Part shown: positions 17,358 through 26,263 of the stretch, piece after piece
How positions within the stretch are numbered: the first letter of the stretch is position 1
How the letters are laid out: each line of letters begins with the position of its first letter
Origin: an uncultured Clostridia bacterium
Lineage (GTDB): Bacteria > Bacillota > Clostridia > TANB77 > CAG-508
Direction of reading: 5' to 3'
DNA length: 64,000 bases
NCBI GenBank assembly: GCA_944386655.1
Contig: CALXBX010000051.1
Location: 3,106-67,105, forward strand
Translations under genes and position numbers: made by a program
The notes under the pieces: model-generated
What the model was told of the DNA's origin: nothing
Database searches by the model: none
What the model saw: only the letters and a program-made list of their open reading frames with translations

Positions 17358-18590
17358 ATGGCAACGGTTTTAGGAATTATTGCAGAATATAATCCATTTC
17401 ATAATGGACACCTATATCACATACAAGAAAGCAAAAAACAAACTGGAGCAGAGTATGTGATTTGCATTATGACAGGAAATTTTACCCAACGTGGAGATAC
17501 TTCTTTAGTAAATAAATGGGTAAAAGCTAGAATGTGCTTGGAAAATGGAGCAGATATTGTCATAGAATTACCAACGATTTATAGTATTTCTAGTGCAGAA
17601 AATTTTGCAGAAGGAGCCATTAAAATATTAGATAGCCTAAAAATTGTAGATACTTTGTCCTTTGGAACAGAAACACAGGACCTAGCAGCACTCAATAATA
17701 TTGCTAATGTGGTTTATTATGAGCCAAAAGAATATGTTAGCCTTCTAAATCATGAACTTGGAAAAGGTGTTTCCTTCCCGAAAGCAAGAGAAAACGCAGT
17801 TCTCATGTATTTAAATGATATTAAACGATATGCCAATATTTTATCTGGAGCTAACAATATTTTGGCAATCGAATATATAAAAGCCCTTCGTAGATTAAAG
17901 AGCAATTTAAAGCCCTTTTCTGTGCAACGAAAAAAAGTGTATTATAACGATGAACATATTGTAGATGATTTTGCTAGTGCTACTGCCATTCGAAAAATGG
18001 TAAAAAGAGAGCAATATGAAGATATACGAAAAGTAGTACCAAAAAATAGTTATGCCTTATTACAAGAAGAGATAAAAAGAGGCAATATTGTGATGGGATT
18101 AGAAAGTTTTGAAAAAGAAATTTTATATACCTTAAGGAAAATGACAGTAAAAGAAATACAAAACTTACCTGATGTAACAGAGGGGTTAGAAAATAATATA
18201 AAAAATGCAGCAAATTCTTGTAACAATTTACTAGATTTAATGAACATTATTAAATCGAAAAGATATACGCAAACGAGAATTCAAAGAATCCTATTATATA
18301 GTTTATTAGGAATTACAAAAAAAGATATGGAAATAGCCAGAAAAATAACACCATATACAAGAGTACTAGGCTTTAACGAAAAAGGAAAAGAAATGTTATC
18401 GGATATATGCCATATTAACCCAAAAATCAATATTGTAACTTCTGTAAAGAAATTTATAGATAATAGTAGTCATAAAAATTTAAAAGAAATGCTAGAAAAA
18501 GATATTTTTGCTACCAATGTATATACATTAGGCTATGCGTATGATTCATGGGCAAATTTAGATTATACCAACAAATTAATAGTATTATAA
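17358..18590 (+). CDS. tmcAL: tRNA(Met) cytidine acetate ligase (YlbM/UPF0348 nucleotidyltransferase)
   Basis: MATVLGIIAEYNPFHNGHLYHIQESKKQTGAEYVICIMTGNFTQRGD closely resembles B. subtilis YlbM. ATG follows GGGAAGGGAAAAG. Confidence 0.9.
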   Translation: MATVLGIIAEYNPFHNGHLYHIQESKKQTGAEYVICIMTGNFTQRGDTSLVNKWVKARMCLENGADIVIELPTIYSISSAENFAEGAIKILDSLKIVDTLSFGTETQDLAALNNIANVVYYEPKEYVSLLNHELGKGVSFPKARENAVLMYLNDIKRYANILSGANNILAIEYIKALRRLKSNLKPFSVQRKKVYYNDEHIVDDFASATAIRKMVKREQYEDIRKVVPKNSYALLQEEIKRGNIVMGLESFEKEILYTLRKMTVKEIQNLPDVTEGLENNIKNAANSCNNLLDLMNIIKSKRYTQTRIQRILLYSLLGITKKDMEIARKITPYTRVLGFNEKGKEMLSDICHINPKINIVTSVKKFIDNSSHKNLKEMLEKDIFATNVYTLGYAYDSWANLDYTNKLIVL

Positions 18591-18608
18591 AAAGGATGGA
18601 GATTATAT

Positions 18609-19193
18609 ATGAAAATTATTGGAGTAACAGGTAGTTCAGGTGCTGGAAAAACAGAGGTATGTAAAATATTACAAGAACAATATGATGCAGAAGTAATTGA
18701 CGCAGATGCAGTAGCTAAAAATTTATCCAAAAAAGGAACACTATATCTCAATTCTATTGTAAGCCATTTTGGAACAGATATTGTATACAAAAATGGTGCA
18801 TTAAATCGTAAAAAATTAGCAAATATGATATACGAAGATGACCAGAAAAGAGAACAATTAAATAGATGTACTTTTGACTTTATTGTACAAGATATCAAAA
18901 AACGTATTAATAAAGTAAATCATAAAGAAATGATTTTGATTGATGCTCCTTTACTTTTTGAAAGTGGACTAAATAGCATTTGTGACAATGTAATTGTGGT
19001 TTTAGCAAAGCAAGAAGAACAAATCAAAAGAATATGTAAAAGAGATGGCATTACAGAAGAGGTAGCTAAAAAACGATTAAATGCCCAAAATACGAATGAA
19101 TACTTTGAAGAAGTGGGAGATATTATCATCGTAAATGACAACACGCTAGAAGGTTTAAAACAAAAAGTAGCAGCAATTGAAAAAGAGATTTAA
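18609..19193 (+). CDS. coaE: Dephospho-CoA kinase
   Basis: MKIIGVTGSSGAGKTEV P-loop and the family-typical length. Confidence 0.9.
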   Translation: MKIIGVTGSSGAGKTEVCKILQEQYDAEVIDADAVAKNLSKKGTLYLNSIVSHFGTDIVYKNGALNRKKLANMIYEDDQKREQLNRCTFDFIVQDIKKRINKVNHKEMILIDAPLLFESGLNSICDNVIVVLAKQEEQIKRICKRDGITEEVAKKRLNAQNTNEYFEEVGDIIIVNDNTLEGLKQKVAAIEKEI

Positions 19194-19236
19194 TTTTACA
19201 ATTATATTACAAAATAATAACATTTCTGTGACAGTA

Positions 19237-19265
19237 TTGAATTGCAAATGCTTTTAGCATATAAT
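19237..19265 (+). promoter_or_regulatory. SigA-type promoter
   Basis: TTGAAT, 17-nt spacer, TATAAT. Confidence 0.6.
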
Positions 19266-19309
19266 GAAGAAAAAATAATGTTCTTTTGAAAAAGCTTGGA
19301 GGGGAGTGT

Positions 19310-19852
19310 ATGGAAGAGACATTTGCAGACTATATTTTAGCGGAAAAAGACTGGGTTAGAAAAATGGAAATTGTCTACTATTTAGAGAAAAAAACAAAAA
19401 TATTTTTTGATAAAAGCGTAATTCTAAAAACAGAAATGGCAAAATTATTTATAGAAACAATGCATTTAGATGTGGACGAAAATGTGGTTATTACAGCTTG
19501 TCTATTATGTAATTGTAAGAAAAAGGATAGTTTTACGGATTTAGATGAAATTCATAATTATGCTAAAAAAGGAGCAGAATATTTAGCTACACTTGGCTTT
19601 TCAGATAGATTTTGTAAAATTTGTGAAGAAGTCAATCGTTATAGTGGAAGTGAACCTAGAGAAAAAGAGAGTGATATTTTAGAGTTGGTAGACCAATTTG
19701 GAGGAATGGTATCAGATAGACCAGAAAGAAAAGGTTTTTCTGTAGAAGATGCTTTAACCCTGTTAGAATATAGAAACTTAAAAGGAAAAGATAATAGATA
19801 TCTACCACAATTTAAAGAATTTATTACACAAATGCAGGAGGTGTATGTATAA
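19310..19852 (+). CDS. Hypothetical protein, possibly a degenerate HD-domain fold
   Basis: ATG after GGAGGGGAG. LFIETMHLDVDENVVITACLLCNCKK is laid out like H..(20-25 residues)..LLHDxGK of HD domains, but His-Asp is replaced by Cys-Asn. Confidence 0.4.
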   Translation: MEETFADYILAEKDWVRKMEIVYYLEKKTKIFFDKSVILKTEMAKLFIETMHLDVDENVVITACLLCNCKKKDSFTDLDEIHNYAKKGAEYLATLGFSDRFCKICEEVNRYSGSEPREKESDILELVDQFGGMVSDRPERKGFSVEDALTLLEYRNLKGKDNRYLPQFKEFITQMQEVYV

Positions 19853-20109
19853 TGGAAAATCGTATTACAGAGGCTATAACTTATATGATTGAACAAAATA
19901 AAAAATCTTCAGATACAAAACAGGCAGTCATTAATGCAGCTAATTCTTATGAATATATAAAAACAGCACAAAGAATATTAGAAGAAACAATGTTAAATGA
20001 AAGAAAAGAAGTAAAAGATGTTCATCTTGCTCCTAGTGTAGAGGACATAAAGAGAGAAATGGAAACCATTGTTATGAGAAGAACAAATGAAGGAGAAAAA
20101 GAAAGATAA
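19852..20109 (+). CDS. Small hypothetical protein, translationally coupled to the upstream gene (TAATG overlap)
   Basis: The stop and start codons overlap. 85 aa, charged and helical, no recognisable motif. Confidence 0.4.
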   Translation: MENRITEAITYMIEQNKKSSDTKQAVINAANSYEYIKTAQRILEETMLNERKEVKDVHLAPSVEDIKREMETIVMRRTNEGEKER

Positions 20110-20136
20110 AAGCTAGAAAATCTAGCTTTTCTTTTC
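20108..20136 (+). terminator. Rho-independent terminator
   Basis: AAAAGCTAGA-AAA-TCTAGCTTTT followed by CTTTTC. Confidence 0.75.
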
Positions 20137-20214
20137 GTGTGAGAGGGAAAATTTTAATTTTCCCTACTCGATTGCTACAGGTATGTGATTTAAATAAAGA
20201 AAAGGAGCTAAAAA

Positions 20215-21405
20215 ATGTACGAAATATTTGCAGATTTACATGTTCATATAGGAAGAACAGAAAATGGAAAACCAGTAAAAATAACAGCGGCAAGATCTTT
20301 AAATTTTGCCAATATTGCAAAAGAATGCTATGAGAGAAAAGGAATACAAGTAGTAGGTATTATTGATTGTGCCTCTCCTTATGTAATAGAAGATATAGAG
20401 AATTTTTTGAAAACAGGAGAAGCTTACGAAATAGAAGAGGGAGGCATTATTTATAAAGACGAAATTTGTATTTTATTAGGAAGTGAAGTAGAAACTTCTG
20501 AACAGGGAAGAAATGGAAAAGCAGGAGCAGCACATAATCTTTGCTTTTTTCCACACTTGCAAGATATCAAGGCTTTTTCTAAGGAAATGAGCAGGCATAT
20601 CAAAAATATAACCTTAAGTACGCAACGTTCCGATATTTCTGGCTATGAATTAATCGATATTGTAGAGAAATATCATGGTATAGTAATTCCTGCCCATATC
20701 TTTACACCACATAAAAGTTATTACGGCAATTGCACAGACCGTTTAGCATACATTTTTAAAGAAAAATTGGATAAAGTTTTTGCGGTAGAATTAGGTCTTA
20801 GTTCCGATACAGAATTAGCAGATGAAATTTCAGAATTAGAAACAAAAACCTTCCTTACCAATTCGGATGCACATTCGCTACCTAAAATTGCAAGAGAATA
20901 CAATAAAATGCTAGTAGAAGCAATTTCTTTTCAAGAAATTGTAAAAGCCCTAAAAGGAGAAGATGGTAGAAAAATATTAGCTAATTATGGCTTAGACCCA
21001 AAATTGGGAAAATATCATAGAACATATTGTGATGATTGCAATCAAACAATTGAAACCAAAGAGCCAGTAGAAATTTGTCCAAAATGCGGTGGAAAAAATA
21101 TTACTTTTGGTGTTTTTGATAGAATAGAACTTATTAAAGATAAAAAAGAAAGTAGAAGTCCAGCAAATAGACCAAAGTATATTTATCAAGTACCTCTTAG
21201 CTTTATTCCAGGAGTAGGAAACAAAGTGATGGATAAATTATTAACCCATTTTGGAACAGAGATGAATATTCTTCACAAAACCACAAAAGACGATATAGAA
21301 GCCGTAGTAGGAGAAAAAATTGCCACAGCCATAGTAAAGGCAAGAGAAGGCAGAGCGCAAATACAAGCTGGTGGCGGAGGCGTTTATGGAAAAGTAAAAG
21401 AATAA
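20215..21405 (+). CDS. PHP-domain protein of the TIGR00375/endonuclease Q-like family
   Basis: ADLHVHIGR metal-binding start, IPAHIFTPH, TNSDAHS, a CxxC...CxxC zinc finger (CDDCNQ..CPKCGG) and a C-terminal helical domain. Confidence 0.55.
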   Translation: MYEIFADLHVHIGRTENGKPVKITAARSLNFANIAKECYERKGIQVVGIIDCASPYVIEDIENFLKTGEAYEIEEGGIIYKDEICILLGSEVETSEQGRNGKAGAAHNLCFFPHLQDIKAFSKEMSRHIKNITLSTQRSDISGYELIDIVEKYHGIVIPAHIFTPHKSYYGNCTDRLAYIFKEKLDKVFAVELGLSSDTELADEISELETKTFLTNSDAHSLPKIAREYNKMLVEAISFQEIVKALKGEDGRKILANYGLDPKLGKYHRTYCDDCNQTIETKEPVEICPKCGGKNITFGVFDRIELIKDKKESRSPANRPKYIYQVPLSFIPGVGNKVMDKLLTHFGTEMNILHKTTKDDIEAVVGEKIATAIVKAREGRAQIQAGGGGVYGKVKE

Positions 21406-21485
21406 GAAAATAAATTTTAGTTCTAATCTTTTTCGTTATGGAATAGACATTATGTAGAAGGAAAATAGAGAGGAAGGAAAAAGAT

Positions 21486-22145
21486 TTGAACAGAAAACAA
21501 GAGAAAAGAACACCAAAAAAAGGGAGAACCTGGCTTCCCCTTATCAAACAACATATTAGCAATCATAAAAGAGAATATTGTATTGTAGCACTGCTTTTTT
21601 TAATAGGTATTGTAGTAGGCATTCTTTTTGTAAATCATATGGCACAAGCAGAAATGACGGAAATACAGGAATATTTGAATAATTTTATAACCGCACTAAA
21701 AACAGATTATCAAATTGACCAAGGCGTATTATTAAAAAATTCTATAGTGCAATATATCTTATTGGCAGTTTTACTTTGGTTTATGGGGTCTACTGTAATT
21801 GGAATTCCGGTAGTATATGCCATAGTGGCGATAAGAGGATTTAGTTTAGGTTATACGGTATCTACTATTATAGCAACTTTAGGAGCAGGAAAAGGAATTT
21901 TATTTTGCCTAAGTAGTATGCTTTTACAAAATATATTAGTAATTCCTGCTATTTTAGCCCTAGCCGTTAGTGGCATTAAATTGTACCAATCTATTATAAA
22001 AGATAATCGTAGAGAAAATATAAAATTAGAAATATGTAGACATACAATTTTTTCTATTTTTATGCTCATATTACTATTATTCTCCTCTGTAGTAGAAGCA
22101 TATTTATCTAGCAATTTACTAATGTGGACAGTAAATATGATGTAG
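21486..22145 (+). CDS. spoIIM: Stage II sporulation protein M
   Basis: TTG start after AGGAAGGAAAAAG. Multi-pass membrane protein with the SpoIIM-like core LWFMGSTVIGIPVVYAIVAIRGFSLGYTVS. The spoIIM-xerD neighbourhood is typical. Confidence 0.8.
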   Translation: MNRKQEKRTPKKGRTWLPLIKQHISNHKREYCIVALLFLIGIVVGILFVNHMAQAEMTEIQEYLNNFITALKTDYQIDQGVLLKNSIVQYILLAVLLWFMGSTVIGIPVVYAIVAIRGFSLGYTVSTIIATLGAGKGILFCLSSMLLQNILVIPAILALAVSGIKLYQSIIKDNRRENIKLEICRHTIFSIFMLILLLFSSVVEAYLSSNLLMWTVNMM

Positions 22146-22282
22146 GGATAGAAAAAAATTGTAGAATTTTGTAAAAATGACTTTACTTTTTTTTAGGAAT
22201 TTGATATAACATATATAGTTTATGTAAATTGTATCAATTTGTACATAAAAAATAAAATCAATAAGAGAATAGGGGAGCTGAA

Positions 22283-23164
22283 ATGGAAAAACAAATTAAA
22301 CTTTTTTTAGAATTTCTTCAAAATGATAAGAAGGTATCAGACAATACCTTACAATCTTATAAAAGAGACATTGTGTATTATCACAAATATTTAGAGAGTA
22401 ATAATTTAAATTATGCAAAAATGGAGGAAGAAGATATTAAAGATTATCTAGCCCATTTGCAAGAAGTAGGAAAGAAACCATCTACTGTTTCTAGAAGTTT
22501 AGCATCAATTCGTTCTTTTTATCAATTTTTAGTAAAAAATAAAAAAGCTAAAAAAGATCCAACTGCTAACATACAATCTCCAAAAATTGAAAAAAAGGCA
22601 CCAAGTGTATTAACTGCAAAAGAAGTAGAATTACTATTAGACCAACCAAAAGATGTTGATTTAAAAGGAACTAGAGATAAAGCAATGTTAGAGTTTGCTT
22701 ATGCAACAGGAATGAGAGTAACAGAAATTATTTCCTTAGATATTGAGGATATTAATCTAGAAGAAGGCTATGCTGTATGCCATACAGGAACAAAACAAAG
22801 AACTATCCCATTAGGCTCTATGTCTTTAAAAGCCCTAAAAGAATATATAGAAGAAGCAAGACCAATTTTAATTAAAGATGAAAGTGTAAAAGCACTATTT
22901 GTAAATATTAATGGTCAAAGATTAACCAGACAAGGTTTCTGGAAAATTGTAAAATATTATAAAGAACAAGCTCATATTACAAAAGATATTACACCACATG
23001 TACTTAGACATTCTTTTGCAACACATCTTTTACAAAATGGAGCAGACTTAAAAGCAATTCAAACCATGCTTGGACATTCCGATATTTCTTCTACACAAGT
23101 GTATATGCAATTTCAAGATGAAGGTTTGAAAAATGTTTATAGAAAAGCTCACCCAAGAGCATAA
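22283..23164 (+). CDS. xerD: Tyrosine recombinase XerD
   Basis: The N-terminal SAM-like domain reads FLEFLQNDKKVSDNTLQSYKRDI. The catalytic R..HxxR..Y set is visible (ATGMRVTE, HVLRHSFATHLL, LGHSDISSTQVY). Confidence 0.85.
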   Translation: MEKQIKLFLEFLQNDKKVSDNTLQSYKRDIVYYHKYLESNNLNYAKMEEEDIKDYLAHLQEVGKKPSTVSRSLASIRSFYQFLVKNKKAKKDPTANIQSPKIEKKAPSVLTAKEVELLLDQPKDVDLKGTRDKAMLEFAYATGMRVTEIISLDIEDINLEEGYAVCHTGTKQRTIPLGSMSLKALKEYIEEARPILIKDESVKALFVNINGQRLTRQGFWKIVKYYKEQAHITKDITPHVLRHSFATHLLQNGADLKAIQTMLGHSDISSTQVYMQFQDEGLKNVYRKAHPRA

Positions 23165-23187
23165 AATAGAGGGATAAAATAGAAGAA

Positions 23188-23219
23188 GAGTAACCTTTTG
23201 GTAAAGGTGCTCTTTTTTT
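23188..23219 (+). terminator. Rho-independent terminator after xerD
   Basis: GAGTAACCTTT-TGGT-AAAGGTGCTC stem (one bulge) followed by T7. Confidence 0.6.
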
Positions 23220-23327
23220 GGTGTGTAAAAAATCTGCCACCTTATTTTTAAGACAAAAAGAGTGCTAAAGGAAGTAATACGAAAATAAAATGTTGGTAAG
23301 GAAAAGAAAAATAAAGGAGCCAAGTAA

Positions 23328-24302
23328 ATGCCTATAAAATATTTAAAAGTAGAGACCGACATTAGACAAAAAGTAAAAGATTATACCGCACCACTACAGG
23401 CAATTATATTATTGAAAGACGAAAATGGAGAAGAGAGAATGATGTCTGAACAATTAAAAGATTTTTCTATTGCTATGCAGAAATATGGACTAACATGGAG
23501 TGAAAGATATAATGCCTATATCATACCGGACGAAATTTGTTTTCAAGAAGAAAAACTGAAACAGCTTGTCGAGTTGGTAAAAAACACATTAATAAGATAT
23601 AATCAAGGGGGAAATATAGTTACTCCAGAGGAACGAGAAAGAGAAAAAAATCAAAGCTATTATACAAAAGAATATGGAGTAAACTATTTACAAAATTTTA
23701 TTCATAGTAAATTAGGAAAACCAGAAGCCATCATTGTATTAGACCCTGCAGCCGGAGAGGGAAATTTAATAGATGGCTTGAAAATTCCTAAAAATGCTAT
23801 ATGGGCGGTAGAACCAGATAGAAAATGTTGTGAAGTATTACAACAAAAAGGTTATAAAAATATTATCAATACTAATTTTGAAGTAGCAGTGGCTAAGCAG
23901 TTAATTCCAAGACCAACGCATATTATTATGAATCCACCTTTTCGTAAGCAAAAAGATATTCAATTTTATAATTTGGCTTGTAAAATAGCGGAAGATAAAG
24001 GTGTTATAGCAGGTATAGTTAGTGAAAATAGTATCTATCAAGAATTAGCAAAATATGATTTAGTATTAGATTACAATAACCCCATTGGGCAAGCTATGGA
24101 AATTTTAAAAAGCTCTTATATAGAAAAACTATCCAATCAGATGATAGAATTTTTAAAAAATATAGTAAGAGCAGAATGGATTTCTTTTGAAAATGTAAAA
24201 AGTAAACTTAGTTTTGAAAATACTTGTGCAAGAGCATTTTTCATTAGAGAGGTACTAGGGGAAAGAAAAATTAATGACAAATATCTTGACAGCCAAGCAT
24301 AA
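23328..24302 (+). CDS. Orphan SAM-dependent methyltransferase-like protein with an NPPF motif and an unknown N-terminal domain
   Basis: Motif I IIVLDPAAGEGNLIDGL and motif IV IIMNPPF, in gamma-type order. The N-terminal domain (about 130 aa) is unknown. No obvious long target-recognition domain and no adjacent nuclease gene. Confidence 0.55.
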   Translation: MPIKYLKVETDIRQKVKDYTAPLQAIILLKDENGEERMMSEQLKDFSIAMQKYGLTWSERYNAYIIPDEICFQEEKLKQLVELVKNTLIRYNQGGNIVTPEEREREKNQSYYTKEYGVNYLQNFIHSKLGKPEAIIVLDPAAGEGNLIDGLKIPKNAIWAVEPDRKCCEVLQQKGYKNIINTNFEVAVAKQLIPRPTHIIMNPPFRKQKDIQFYNLACKIAEDKGVIAGIVSENSIYQELAKYDLVLDYNNPIGQAMEILKSSYIEKLSNQMIEFLKNIVRAEWISFENVKSKLSFENTCARAFFIREVLGERKINDKYLDSQA

Positions 24303-24404
24303 TAAGGTTAAAATAAAATAGGAGACAAAATATATTCTAAAAATTAATTAGAGTGATATATATTTATGTACATTGAAAATAAAATAAGAAAGAGGTGTAA
24401 AATT

Positions 24405-25946
24405 ATGGAGATCATAATTAATATCGCCGTATTTCTAGTCTCAGCCGTTATTTTCACTTTTGTAGGAATAACAATTCGTAAGAAAATAGCAGAATCTAAA
24501 ATGAAAAGTGCAGAAAGTGAAGCAAAAAGAATTATTGAACTAGCAAATAAAGAAGCAGAAAATAAGAAAAAAGAAGAAATTTTTAAAGCAAAAGAAGAGA
24601 TTATGAATGCTAGACAAGAATTAGACAAAGAGATTAGGGAAAGAAGGGGCGAAGTACAAGGTCAAGAAAGACGTTTAATCCAAAAAGAAGAAAATCTTGA
24701 GAGAAAAATGGAAAACTTAGACAAAAAGGAAAGGGAACTAGATGGTAAATTGCAAGCACAACAAAAAAGAAAAGAGGAAATAGATAACCTTTATGAGCAA
24801 AAAATGGAAGAACTTCAAAAAGTGGCAGGACTAACCGCAGAAGAAGCAAAAAAACAATTGCTTGCAGAGCTAGAAAAGCAGATTACAAATGAGCAAGCAA
24901 CCATTATTAGGGAACAAGAGCAAAAAGCAAAAGAGACCGCAGACCGAAAAGCAAAAGAGTTAATTAGCTATGCTATTCAAAAATGTGCAGCAGACCATTC
25001 TCAAGAAACAACCGTATCGATTGTACCACTTCCTAACGATGATATGAAAGGAAGAATTATTGGTAGAGAGGGAAGAAATATAAAGGCATTAGAAACCTTA
25101 ACAGGAATAGACTTGATTATTGATGATACACCAGAGGCTGTTGTCATTTCAGGTTTTGACCCATTAAGAAGAGAAGTAGCCAAAATTGCTCTTGAAAAAT
25201 TAATAGATGATGGAAGAATTCATCCAGCGAAGATAGAAGAAATGGTAGAAAAGGCAAAAGAAGAATTAGAGCAAACCATTAAAGAAGAAGGAGAAAGGGC
25301 AGCTATGGAGGCAGGCGTGTTAGATTTACATCCAGATATTATTGCCTTACTTGGAAAACTAAGATATAGGACAAGTTATGGACAAAATGTTTTAAATCAT
25401 TCCATAGAAGTTTCTAATTTGGCAAGAATTATGGCAGAAGAGATGGGATTAAACCCTAAAATAGCTAGAAGAGCAGGACTTCTTCATGATATTGGAAAAG
25501 CATTAGACCACGATATGGAAGGAACACACGTAGAAATAGGTGTAGAAATATTGAGAAAATATAAAGAAAATGATATTGTGATAAATGCAGTAGAAGCGCA
25601 TCATGGAGATGTAGAGCCTTTAAGTTTAGAAGCCGTATTAGTACAAGCAGCAGATGCTATTTCAGCGTCTAGACCAGGTGCTAGAAGAGAAACGCTAGAA
25701 GCCTATATTAAAAGACTAGAAAAATTAGAAGAAATTGCAGATTCTTTTGATGGAGTAGAAAAATCATTTGCTATCCAAGCAGGACGAGAAGTAAGAATTA
25801 TTGTAAAACCAGAGAAAATTTCTGATAGCAAAATGACATTACTTGCTAGAGATGTTGCTAAAAAAGTAGAAGAAGAAATGGATTATCCAGGACAAATAAA
25901 AGTCAACATCATTAGAGAGACAAGAGTAGTAGATTATGCTAAATAG
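24405..25946 (+). CDS. rny: Ribonuclease Y
   Basis: N-terminal TM, long coiled coil, KH domain ([15 protein letters not shown]) and HD domain (LLHDIGKA). ATG follows AGAGG. Confidence 0.95.
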   Translation: MEIIINIAVFLVSAVIFTFVGITIRKKIAESKMKSAESEAKRIIELANKEAENKKKEEIFKAKEEIMNARQELDKEIRERRGEVQGQERRLIQKEENLERKMENLDKKERELDGKLQAQQKRKEEIDNLYEQKMEELQKVAGLTAEEAKKQLLAELEKQITNEQATIIREQEQKAKETADRKAKELISYAIQKCAADHSQETTVSIVPLPNDDMKGRIIGREGRNIKALETLTGIDLIIDDTPEAVVISGFDPLRREVAKIALEKLIDDGRIHPAKIEEMVEKAKEELEQTIKEEGERAAMEAGVLDLHPDIIALLGKLRYRTSYGQNVLNHSIEVSNLARIMAEEMGLNPKIARRAGLLHDIGKALDHDMEGTHVEIGVEILRKYKENDIVINAVEAHHGDVEPLSLEAVLVQAADAISASRPGARRETLEAYIKRLEKLEEIADSFDGVEKSFAIQAGREVRIIVKPEKISDSKMTLLARDVAKKVEEEMDYPGQIKVNIIRETRVVDYAK

Positions 25947-25971
25947 TGCAATTTAGAGATGAACCTTAGGT

Positions 25972-26108
25972 GAACTTTAGGGACGTTCCTTAAAGTTCAT
26001 TTTCTTTTCTTTGTAATAAAAAACTTGCATTTAAAAACTTAATAATAAACATTTACCTTAAATTATAAATAATAACTCTTTGAACTTTAAGGAACGTCCC
26101 TAAAGTTC
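25972..26108 (+). repeat. REP doublet 1: two inverted copies of a 27-nt palindromic unit separated by 83 nt
   Basis: GAACTTTAGGGACGTTCCTTAAAGTTC at 25972-25998 and its reverse complement at 26082-26108. Each folds as a 12-bp stem with a 3-nt loop. Confidence 0.85.
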
Positions 26109-26123
26109 AAAGAGTTAAAAGAA

Positions 26124-26160
26124 AAAAGCTTTAGATGGAAAAATATCTAAGGCTTTTTTC
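26124..26160 (+). terminator. Rho-independent terminator (rny unit)
   Basis: AAAGCTTTAGAT...ATCTAAGGCTTT stem followed by T6. Confidence 0.7.
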
Positions 26161-26263
26161 TTTGCAAATGTGTCCAAAACTTAAATTTTTCTAAAAAACC
26201 TTTCTTTTTTTGGAAATATATAATATAATAGGCTCATAAATTTATGCCAAGGAGGAAATCAAA

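Noticed and set aside
20143-20166. A hairpin AGGGAAAAT-TTTA-ATTTTCCCT after the 20108 terminator, considered as a second terminator or riboregulator.
   Set aside because: No T run follows it and I recognised no conserved motif. It could simply be part of the EndoQ-like gene's 5' UTR.
20139-20333. Small + strand ORFs overlapping annotated genes in other frames (20139-20333, 41715-41927, 51758-52009).
   Set aside because: They overlap strongly supported CDS (the EndoQ-like, acyltransferase and FrhB-like genes). They lack an RBS and have odd composition.
22219-22249. An imperfect palindrome TTTATGTAAATTG-TAT-CAATTTGTACATAAA upstream of xerD, considered as an operator.
   Set aside because: It needs a 2-nt bulge, is entirely AT-rich, and occurs only once. 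There is not enough support.
22283-23164. XerD as the dedicated recombinase for the box-bounded cassettes.
   Set aside because: It has a standard XerD sequence and the standard spoIIM-xerD housekeeping neighbourhood. It lies 9-22 kb from the cassettes, and nothing in the sequence links it to the box.
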